Below, one piece after another: positions 17,430 through 23,826 of a stretch of DNA of 36,526 bases. Under the pieces are notes generated by a model. That model did not search any database, was not told the DNA's origin, and saw nothing but the letters and a program-made list of their open reading frames with translations. Source of the stretch: a virus (taxonomy: Duplodnaviria > Caudoviricetes); IMG/VR virus record IMGVR_UViG_3300020702_000010, positions 1 through 36,526 of that record. The stretch is one strand, 5' to 3'. The position numbers and the translations under genes were made by a program. How positions within the stretch are numbered: the first letter of the stretch is position 1; each line of letters opens with the position of its first letter.

Positions 17430-17945
17430 TTAGGTGCTTCGACACTGGTCGAAGCGGCTGTTGCTTGCTTTGGTAAGGCAGGTGGCTCTGCGGCAGTACG
17501 TACTTTTAAAGCTGGTTACTTATTGCCATTAGACGACGGTCAGGACTCATATCAATAACCAGCTTTAAAAACCCTCGGTGACTAGGTTAAATCACCAAGG
17601 GGGTGAAACAATGCGGCTGTTATTTAAAGTTTACTTTAATCAACCCCCGCCTTTTTTCGGTCCGAGGTGGCACCGGCCGCACTTTTTACTGATGACTAAA
17701 GAATTCTGTCTAGGAAACTTTAGCCATCACTAAAAAGGCTGGTTACGGTTCCAGCATCAGCCACTTTTACCCGGTGGCTGATCGTCTTTTCGCTTATTTA
17801 AAGAGCCGCTCAAAGATACTTAGCTCTGCTTTCAGGCTGCGTGCTTGAAATTCTTAGGCCTCGGTGCAAAAACCCCCGCCTGGGTTCGACGGGGTAGTTC
17901 AGGAGTACACTGAGAGTGTTTAGTTCAGCTTGCTGGGCTGTTGAG
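17430..17945 (-). ncRNA. Highly structured early-left leader with a boxA-like element
   Basis: At least six inverted repeats and no credible ORF. The minus strand reads CGGCTCTTTAAATAA at ~17793-17808. Confidence 0.45.
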
Positions 17946-17948
17946 GGA

Positions 17949-17990
17949 TAATATACGCTAACGTATAAATTAATACAAACGAATTCGTAT
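17949..17990 (-). promoter_or_regulatory. PL promoter with two operators (OL)
   Basis: Minus strand TTGTAT-17-TATATT; palindromes ATACGctaaCGTAT (17953-66) and AAACGaattCGTAT (17977-90). Confidence 0.75.
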
Positions 17991-18003
17991 ATTATTTTCC
18001 ATC

Positions 18004-18035
18004 AGGCACAAAAAAACCCGCACAAGGCAGGCTGG
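18004..18035 (-). terminator. Terminator-like hairpin, copy 1 of AGGCACAAAAAACCCGC
   Basis: AGGCACAAAAAAACCCGC-acaag-GCAGG; the first part recurs at 18742. Confidence 0.5.
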
Positions 18036-18088
18036 GCGGTGTGATATATAGCTTTTAAAGCTCTATATAATCAACTATAATAACAGCC

Positions 18089-18364
18089 ATGAAAGCAAAA
18101 TTATTAAGTCGTATTAAACAAACCTATGGTGATGGCCTTATCGAGGGCGTTATCTGGGAAGTACCTGAACCTGTGCCGCCATCAGAGCATCGTATTAAGT
18201 ATCGATTAGTTTATATCGTTGCGGGTGTGCGGGTTGTTGGTTATGACAATAAGCGCGGCAAAGGCGACCATAAGCATCTGCTTGATGATGAGTTGCCTTA
18301 TATTTTTTGCGATCCAGGTGCGCTAATGCGTGATTTTATGAATAATGTTAAGGGGGTTAAGTAA
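18089..18364 (+). CDS. DUF6516/TumE-like putative toxin
   Basis: IWEVPEPVPPSEHRIKYRL...RVVGYDNKRGKGDHKH; TATAAT lies 7 nt before the ATG. Confidence 0.8.
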   Translation: MKAKLLSRIKQTYGDGLIEGVIWEVPEPVPPSEHRIKYRLVYIVAGVRVVGYDNKRGKGDHKHLLDDELPYIFCDPGALMRDFMNNVKGVK

Positions 18365-18732
18365 TGAGTACACTAAATATAACCATAGGTGATGCGCCTG
18401 AATTGGCGCTTGAGCGCTTTGTGACTACTTTTGACTCTGCCTTAAAGGGCGATACTGTTGAGCCTTTTTTTAGTATTGGCTTTGACAATATGTCACAGTT
18501 TGGTGCGGTGTTTACGCCTAAGCGCTGGGAGCTGGTTGAGGCGCTAAAGACCTTTGGGCCTGTGACTATCTATGCCCTGGCTAAACAATTAGGCCGCCAC
18601 TATGCCAATGTACACAAGGATGTGACGGCTCTGTGTGAGTGGCTGGTGATAGAAAAGGACGAAGATAATAAAGTCTTTGTGCCTTGGGATGAGATCGATG
18701 TGCGCTGGCCGCTGTTGAAGCAAGTGGCTTGA
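18364..18732 (+). CDS. HTH DNA-binding protein (HVO_A0114-like), putative antitoxin
   Basis: VFTPKRWELVEAL...TIYALAKQLGRHYANVHKDVTAL...VPWDEI; TAATG coupling to the upstream gene. Confidence 0.8.
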   Translation: MSTLNITIGDAPELALERFVTTFDSALKGDTVEPFFSIGFDNMSQFGAVFTPKRWELVEALKTFGPVTIYALAKQLGRHYANVHKDVTALCEWLVIEKDEDNKVFVPWDEIDVRWPLLKQVA

Positions 18733-18741
18733 TGGGATTTT

Positions 18742-18770
18742 AGGCACAAAAAACCCGCCGTAGCGAGTTT
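18742..18770 (-). terminator. Terminator-like hairpin, copy 2
   Basis: AGGCACAAAAAACCCGC-cgta-GCGAGTTT. Confidence 0.55.
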
Positions 18771-18867
18771 AGGCAATTAGCTAGCTGTTATGTTAAAACA
18801 GATACTTTCACGCGTTATTGCCTCGCAAATCTACTAGCCACAACGCACCCAGCGCTTTATATTCACG

Positions 18868-19050
18868 TTAAAGCTTTCCTGTTAAGCGTAATAACAGGCT
18901 AGTGATAATGGTTATTTGTAATAATCCTACAGCAACAACCCATTTAACTAGATCGGCTTTAGTCTCTGCAATTTCTTTTTGTAATTTTAACTGCCCTTCG
19001 TTAGTGATTAATAAGGCTATAGCTTGAACCTGTGGTGGAGGGGTACGCAT
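18868..19050 (-). CDS. Head-less DUF1640-like protein (paralogue 3; possibly a truncated remnant)
   Basis: LKLQKEIAETKADLVKWVVAVGLLQITIITSLLLRL gives the stalk and TM; the FDT head is missing. Confidence 0.55.
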   Translation of the reverse strand: MRTPPPQVQAIALLITNEGQLKLQKEIAETKADLVKWVVAVGLLQITIITSLLLRLTGKL

Positions 19051-19069
19051 AGAGGGGTAAGGGGTACTA

Positions 19070-19462
19070 TTTTTTTATACCCCCCTAACGCGGCTGATTT
19101 TTATAGTAATTTAATTTATTTTTTATGCTTAAGCTGGGGGGGGTATTTTTTAAATAAGGGGGGTACGTTTTTTTTATACCCCCCTAACGCGGCTGATTTT
19201 TATAGTAATTTAATTTATTTTTTATGCTTAAGCTGGGGGGGTATTTTTTAAATAAGGGGGGTACGTTTTTTTTATGCCCCCCTAACGCGGCTGATTTTTA
19301 TAGTAATTTAATTTATTTTTTATGCTTAAGCTGGGGGGGTATTTTTTAAATAAAGGGGGTACGTTTTTTTTATACCCCCCTAACGCGGCTGATTTTTATA
19401 GTAATTTAATTTATTTTTTATGCTTAAGCTGGGGGGGGTATTTTTTAAATAAGGGGGGTACG
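19070..19462. repeat. Tandem repeat, 4 x 98-99 bp, homopolymer-rich
   Basis: TAACGCGGCTG recurs at 19086, 19185, 19283 and 19381. The G-run is 8,7,7,8 long, and copy 3 has two substitutions. Confidence 0.97.
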
Positions 19463-19968
19463 CTTTCGGTATTGGTATGTTCCTCACGGTAACAATCCGC
19501 ATCTTTGCAGCTTTGCTTGATAGACAGCAAGTAGTCGTCGAACAGGTGTATATTAGTATTAGCTACGGAGTACAAGGCACTAGGCTCTTTTACCCCCCCC
19601 CCCCCCACATTTTCCGCAGGGCTTGTCAAGGCTTTATGTTCGGCTTTTACAGGGTTAGTTTGTGACTGAGCTTGTACTAATGTGTTTACCATCTGCTCAA
19701 TTAGCGCCCTATTTTCTTTGCTTAATTTTTCAATATTTTCATAAAGAGGGACTGGTTTTTCAGCTTCCTCAAAGCCTCTTAATGCAGCTTCTGTTGTGCC
19801 AAGTCCTTTGGCGAGCTTTTGAATTGTGCTACTTCGTGGGTCGCCATGAGTTCCTGATAAGAATCTTTGAATGGTTGGCTGAGGAACGCCTGAATTTTCA
19901 GACAATACTGTAGCGTTCCATCCTCGGGAATCCATTTCATTTTTTAAATTTTTTCGTAACGTAGTCAT
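19411..19968 (-). CDS. cI: CI-like repressor (XRE HTH), no S24 peptidase domain, internal G14 tract
   Basis: LSENSGVPQPTIQRFLSG..DPRSSTIQKLAKGLG. Divergent from cro across the operators. The start is most likely ATG 19968. Confidence 0.85.
   Translation of the reverse strand: MTTLRKNLKNEMDSRGWNATVLSENSGVPQPTIQRFLSGTHGDPRSSTIQKLAKGLGTTEAALRGFEEAEKPVPLYENIEKLSKENRALIEQMVNTLVQAQSQTNPVKAEHKALTSPAENVGGGGVKEPSALYSVANTNIHLFDDYLLSIKQSCKDADCYREEHTNTESVPPLFKKYPPQLKHKK
19593..19606. repeat. C14 (G14 on the coding strand) homopolymer in the repressor gene
   Basis: ta-CCCCCCCCCCCCCC-acat; encodes VGGGGV. Confidence 0.95.
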
Positions 19969-20050
19969 ATAACAAATATACGTTTGATTATTTAATCCGT
20001 CTAATACGTTTGCGTTTGACAAATATACGCTTTCGTATATGATGCTATCC
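19969..20050. promoter_or_regulatory. OR control region: PRM, PR and three operators
   Basis: PR is TTGACA (20016-21)-16-TATGAT (20038-43). PRM on the minus strand is TAGACG-17-TATATT. Operators are ATACGctttCGTAT (20025-38), ATACGtttgCGTTT (20004-17) and a degenerate ATACGtttgatTAT (19978-91). Confidence 0.8.
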
Positions 20051-20242
20051 ATGAACATACAAAATGCCTTAAATGAAATTAGAAATAGCGGCCTTACTGA
20101 TAAGGAAATCGGCGTTATTGTCGATATTCCACAGCCAACAATAAATAGGCTTAGAAATGGTGTGCATGTAGAAACGTCACATACAAGAGCAATGGCAATA
20201 CAGAAATTGGCTCAAGAAATCCGCTCCGACATCTTTGGATAA
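20051..20242 (+). CDS. cro: Cro-like HTH protein
   Basis: GLTDKEIGVIVDIPQPTINRLRNG; the recognition helix QPTI.R matches that of CI. Confidence 0.85.
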   Translation: MNIQNALNEIRNSGLTDKEIGVIVDIPQPTINRLRNGVHVETSHTRAMAIQKLAQEIRSDIFG

Positions 20243-20244
20243 CC

Positions 20245-20559
20245 ATGGCACACGATAAGCGACACGACAGCCTTAGCGATCCTTACAATGGCTCGATTAG
20301 GCTTTCGGACATTCTATCCACTCTAGCGGACTGTCCAAAAATGTTATCCGGTACGCTATTGACTCGATATCCAGTAGATTCAAGAATGAATTTAGTGGTG
20401 GCAGATCTGTATTTAAACAGCATTCCAAAACACCTGCTCCAAGTGTTCGTGTGTTTTCAGATTTTTTTAGCATTGCTGATACGGTATTGGCTACTTTTTC
20501 GCGGTGCTGCTGTTCTTTTGCGCTTAAAGCAAGCATTTCGGGGTTGGCGATATGGATGA
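20245..20559 (+). CDS. Sense ORF overlapping antisense gene 1 (possible overprinted ORF)
   Basis: The ATG is 2 nt after the cro stop. Stop-free across almost all of 20297-20572(-); hydrophobic/basic C-terminus. Confidence 0.4.
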   Translation: MAHDKRHDSLSDPYNGSIRLSDILSTLADCPKMLSGTLLTRYPVDSRMNLVVADLYLNSIPKHLLQVFVCFQIFLALLIRYWLLFRGAAVLLRLKQAFRGWRYG

Positions 20560-20572
20560 GTGCGTAAGTCAT
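20297..20572 (-). CDS. Antisense cargo gene 1, hypothetical
   Basis: Natural amino-acid composition; preceded by the repeated AACAGGTAAAAAC leader. Confidence 0.65.
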   Translation of the reverse strand: MTYALIHIANPEMLALSAKEQQHREKVANTVSAMLKKSENTRTLGAGVLECCLNTDLPPLNSFLNLLDIESIAYRITFLDSPLEWIECPKA

Positions 20573-20574
20573 GT

Positions 20575-20618
20575 GTTTTTACCTGTTATTAAAGTGAGTG
20601 GTTATGTCTGATAATTTT
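20575..20618. repeat. 44-bp cassette junction repeat, copy 1
   Basis: GTTTTTACCTGTTATTAAAGTGAGTGGTTATGTCTGATAATTTT, identical to 20961-21004. Confidence 0.95.
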
Positions 20619-20960
20619 TACGCTGATTTTTATGCTGACAAACTGGGCCTTAATGAGCCTAGTGAAATCATTAGTGAGGGGGTCCGGTATCGGGTACCGC
20701 AAGCACTAATTGCTCCACTTCGTGATGAGTTGCATGCCTTGATAGTGCCTTCAGAATCCCTGCCGCTTGTTGAGATCCGTTCTGCTGAAGACTTTGCGCC
20801 TCTGCGTTTAAGGCTAAGAAAACGTGCGCTTTCGAGGATACGTCTAAACGCACTAATTCTGCGACTACCACTTTTGCAAAAGCTAAGAAAGCATCTTCCA
20901 GCTCTTCTGGTGTTACTGCAGGTGCTTTTGGTGCTGTGGCATGGCTGGTTGTTGTCATAA
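20604..20960 (+). CDS. Sense ORF overlapping antisense gene 2
   Basis: Starts MSDNF..ADKLGLN.PS inside the repeat; its TAA shares a base with the antisense start codon (CATAA). Confidence 0.4.
   Translation: MSDNFYADFYADKLGLNEPSEIISEGVRYRVPQALIAPLRDELHALIVPSESLPLVEIRSAEDFAPLRLRLRKRALSRIRLNALILRLPLLQKLRKHLPALLVLLQVLLVLWHGWLLS
20671..20958 (-). CDS. Antisense cargo gene 2, helical hypothetical protein
   Basis: Repeated leader; aligns without gaps to cargo gene 3. Confidence 0.7.
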   Translation of the reverse strand: MTTTSHATAPKAPAVTPEELEDAFLAFAKVVVAELVRLDVSSKAHVFLALNAEAQSLQQNGSQQAAGILKALSRHATHHEVEQLVLAVPDTGPPH

Positions 20961-21004
20961 GTTTTTACCTGTTATTAAAGTGAGTGGTTATGTCTGATAA
21001 TTTT
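20961..21004. repeat. 44-bp cassette junction repeat, copy 2
   Basis: Identical to 20575-20618; the similarity continues for ~35 bp further. Confidence 0.95.
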
Positions 21005-21424
21005 AACGCTGATAAATTAGGCCTTAATGGGCCTAGCGATCCACCGATAGACATCGCTTTCTATGAAAAGTTGAAGCCTTGGCAATTTGAAGCCTACCTG
21101 CTTAATGAGCGACTGATAGGGCTTGATCTCTTCGGCTTGTCTACCGGTGGCGTGCATTATGCTATTTCCGGTAGCCTAGTTCGCGAGCATCAAAAGACGC
21201 TGAATAACGTGCCAGCCCCACTAAAAAGTTACCCGATTCAGTTTGTTCATGACTCCGATGTGTATCAGCGCGTACTTGAAAAGCATCGCTTAGACGCGCT
21301 GGTGTCATTAGGTTGGTGCGGATTAGTTCGTCAATCAGTACTTGTAGTGCGGCTTGAAAGCAAACTTGCTGCTCTGTCTGCAGCTGTGTTACGTAAATTT
21401 CTGAAGCATTTTTTTCGGTCATAA
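20990..21424 (+). CDS. Sense ORF overlapping antisense gene 3
   Basis: Starts MSDNFNADKLGLNGPS and ends at CATAA (21420-24). Confidence 0.4.
   Translation: MSDNFNADKLGLNGPSDPPIDIAFYEKLKPWQFEAYLLNERLIGLDLFGLSTGGVHYAISGSLVREHQKTLNNVPAPLKSYPIQFVHDSDVYQRVLEKHRLDALVSLGWCGLVRQSVLVVRLESKLAALSAAVLRKFLKHFFRS
21162..21422 (-). CDS. Antisense cargo gene 3, paralogue of gene 2
   Basis: The MTEKNASE start follows GGGTAAAACTT; an extended -10 TGTTAGAAT lies upstream. Confidence 0.7.
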   Translation of the reverse strand: MTEKNASEIYVTQLQTEQQVCFQAALQVLIDELIRTNLMTPARLSDAFQVRADTHRSHEQTESGNFLVGLARYSASFDARELGYRK

Positions 21425-21505
21425 GTTTTACCCGTGTGTTGGTTGAAGGTTGTGAGAAATTGGATTCTAACATACGGGTATTTTTTAATTTTTAAGGGTT
21501 AGGTC

Positions 21506-21706
21506 ATGGCTAGAGAAACTGCAGAACTCAGGGCACAGTTGCCGCGCTTTATTATTGATGTCTTAGATGGTCAATGCGCGGCTTCGGGCGAATGTCGCAC
21601 TAAGTTAGTGGCGGATATTCTGGGTGAGTGGGCTAATCAACGACACCGTGAGGCTATTTTAATTATTAGAGTCGCCGGTAACAAGCCGACTGAGTCGGAT
21701 AAGTAG
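21506..21706 (+). CDS. Small DNA-binding protein in the CII position
   Basis: ELRAQLPRFIIDVLD...RTKLVADILGEWA is a ribbon-helix-helix-like pattern. Confidence 0.55.
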   Translation: MARETAELRAQLPRFIIDVLDGQCAASGECRTKLVADILGEWANQRHREAILIIRVAGNKPTESDK

Positions 21707-21727
21707 CTTTACTTATAAGGAATAACC

Positions 21728-23161
21728 ATGATCGCCCTTTACGATTATCAAGATACCGCGATTGACAGCTTGCGCCAGGCTTATCAGTCTGGCAAAAAAG
21801 CCCCGCTGCTAGTGATGCCTACGGGTGCCGGTAAAACCGTGTGCTTTACTTATATGGCGGAACAAGCTCAGGCTAAAGATAAGCGCGTGTTGTTGGTGGC
21901 GCATCGTAAGGAGTTGGTTAACCAGATCTCTGCGGCGCTGAATGCTTGGGGTGTGAGTCACGGCATTATTACCGCGGGCGCTAAACCGACTCGGCATAGC
22001 GTGCAAGTGGGTATGGTGCAGACTTTGGCTAATCGGATTAAGTTGGATAAGGCTGGGCGCTTTAAGTTTGATTTGGTGATTATTGATGAGGCGCACCACG
22101 CTACCCAAAACAGTACCTGGGGTGCGGTGCTGCAACACAATAGTCGCGCAAAGCTGTTAGGCGTTACCGCAACGCCATGCCGTTTAGATGGCAAGGGTTT
22201 GGGTGTTGAGGCGCAGGGCTTTTTTGATGCGATGGTTTTAGGGCCTAGCGCTGCTAACTTGGTGGAGCGGGGTCGTTTAGCGCGTCCGGTGGTGTATGCA
22301 CCGGCTCAGGGTTTGGATTTGTCGGCGGTTAAGCGCCGTGGTGGTGATTATGTGGCTTCGCAGTTGGTGGCGGCGGTGGATAGATCAGCGATTACCGGCG
22401 ATGCCGTGGCGCATTATCAGCGTTATTGCGATAAGCAAGCGGCCATTGCTTTTACTATTACCGTGGCTCATGCCAGCCATGTGGTTGAGCAGTTTAAGGC
22501 CGCAGGTTATCAGGCGGCGGTGTTAACCGGATCCACGCCGGATAAGGAGCGTGCGCAGATGCTTAAGGATTTGGGCAACGGTAAGCTGCAAATTTTGGCG
22601 AGTTGTAATGTGGTCTCTGAGGGTACCGATATTCCTACGGTGGCGGCGGCTATTTTGCTAAGGCCGACTGAAAGTTATGCGCTGGCCCAGCAACAAATTG
22701 GTAGGGCGTTACGGGCCGCACCTGGTAAAGATAAGGCGATTATTTTAGATCATGCCGGCAATGTGCTGCGCCATGGGCTGCCAACGGATGAGGTTGAGTG
22801 GTCTTTAGAGGGTATGCAGCGTAAGAAGCATAAAGGCGGCTCGCTGGTTAAGACTTGTAATGGCTGTAGCGCCTTGGTGAGCATACGCACGACTCAGTGT
22901 TTGGAGTGTAATTTTGTCTTTCATGCGCCGATAGCAACTGAGCGATCTTTTATTGAAGCTGAGGGTGATTTGGTAGAAATGACGCCTGAGCGGTTGTTAG
23001 AAATTCGCTTGCGCAAACGTCAAGAATTAATCAGCGCTAAAACAAAGCAGCAGTTAGTGGCATTAGGGCAAGAGCGAAATTATAAGCATCCGGCCTTTTG
23101 GGCGGATCGGATTATTGAGGGTCGGGCCAGTTATAGAGCCCAGCAAGGGAGTCATGTGTGA
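21728..23161 (+). CDS. SF2 DEAD/DEAH-box helicase
   Basis: LYDYQ, MPTGAGKT, DEAHH, TATP, QQIGRALR and a C-terminal CxxC-CxxC. Confidence 0.93.
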   Translation: MIALYDYQDTAIDSLRQAYQSGKKAPLLVMPTGAGKTVCFTYMAEQAQAKDKRVLLVAHRKELVNQISAALNAWGVSHGIITAGAKPTRHSVQVGMVQTLANRIKLDKAGRFKFDLVIIDEAHHATQNSTWGAVLQHNSRAKLLGVTATPCRLDGKGLGVEAQGFFDAMVLGPSAANLVERGRLARPVVYAPAQGLDLSAVKRRGGDYVASQLVAAVDRSAITGDAVAHYQRYCDKQAAIAFTITVAHASHVVEQFKAAGYQAAVLTGSTPDKERAQMLKDLGNGKLQILASCNVVSEGTDIPTVAAAILLRPTESYALAQQQIGRALRAAPGKDKAIILDHAGNVLRHGLPTDEVEWSLEGMQRKKHKGGSLVKTCNGCSALVSIRTTQCLECNFVFHAPIATERSFIEAEGDLVEMTPERLLEIRLRKRQELISAKTKQQLVALGQERNYKHPAFWADRIIEGRASYRAQQGSHV

Positions 23162-23174
23162 GTTTAGTTTTGGT

Positions 23175-23477
23175 CTATAACAATTTAACCAGGGCGGCGA
23201 CAATGCCAATAGAAAAGGCCATGAGCGTGCCTAGCTTAATCGTTAGGCGCTGCTCCATCTGGATAAAGCGCGCGTCTACTTGGGCAAAGCTTGAGCCCAT
23301 TTCACGCCGCAATACTTCCATTTCTCGATGTAGGTCCTCTTTAGTCACTAATTCCTTAAGGTTGACTTCAAGCGCTTCTGCTAAGACTTCAGCCTCTGCT
23401 TCGGCTTGTTTGTCTGGTACGCCTGCGGCTTTAAGTCGATTGGCATATTTTAAGGTGTCGAAAGTAATGGCGGCCAT
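23175..23477 (-). CDS. DUF1640/CCDC90-like protein (paralogue 4)
   Basis: MAAITFDTLKYANRLKAAGVPDKQAEA...LVTKEDL...RLTIKLG...AALVKLL; GGAG RBS. Confidence 0.88.
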   Translation of the reverse strand: MAAITFDTLKYANRLKAAGVPDKQAEAEAEVLAEALEVNLKELVTKEDLHREMEVLRREMGSSFAQVDARFIQMEQRLTIKLGTLMAFSIGIVAALVKLL

Positions 23478-23508
23478 TAGGGTTGCTCCAAGGTTTATGT
23501 ATGTTTGA

Positions 23509-23772
23509 TTATAGTAGTTTGACTAGCGCAGCAATGACGGCAACGGCCACAGAAAGCATGGCGCCCATTTTTATGGTTAAGCGTAGCTCTAATTCTTTTA
23601 AATCACGTTTGGTGGAAATATTATCAAGATCATATTCATGTTTAGCCTGCTCAAGTGTTGAGGCAACCGCTGCTTTTTGTAAGCGGGTGATGGTTTCGGC
23701 TTGTTGGTCGCTAAAGCCTGATGATTTTAGCTCGTTAAAAAATTCATGGGTATCAAAGGTAATGGCGGCCAT
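23509..23772 (-). CDS. DUF1640/CCDC90-like protein (paralogue 5)
   Basis: MAAITFDTHEFFNELKSSGFSDQQAE...TKRDLKELELRLTIKMG...AALVKLL. Confidence 0.88.
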   Translation of the reverse strand: MAAITFDTHEFFNELKSSGFSDQQAETITRLQKAAVASTLEQAKHEYDLDNISTKRDLKELELRLTIKMGAMLSVAVAVIAALVKLL

Positions 23773-23826
23773 TAGTGTTCCTATTCAGTTTAATTCTTAT
23801 CATAGTTTAGCACAGGGTTTTAACAA

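Noticed and set aside
17220-17558. ORFs 17220-17429(-) and 17349-17558(+)
   Set aside because: They overlap a better-supported gene with an RBS and ATGA coupling, or lie in the structured leader.
19024-19251. Plus-strand ORF with a repeated peptide
   Set aside because: It is a translation of the tandem repeat with no RBS.
19070-19462. CRISPR array
   Set aside because: The units are contiguous near-identical 98-mers with no unique spacers, and there are no cas genes.
19969-20058. N-terminal 30 aa of the 215-aa repressor ORF in the ORF track
   Set aside because: It overlaps the operators, promoters and cro start; ATG 19968 fits the HTH and PRM better.
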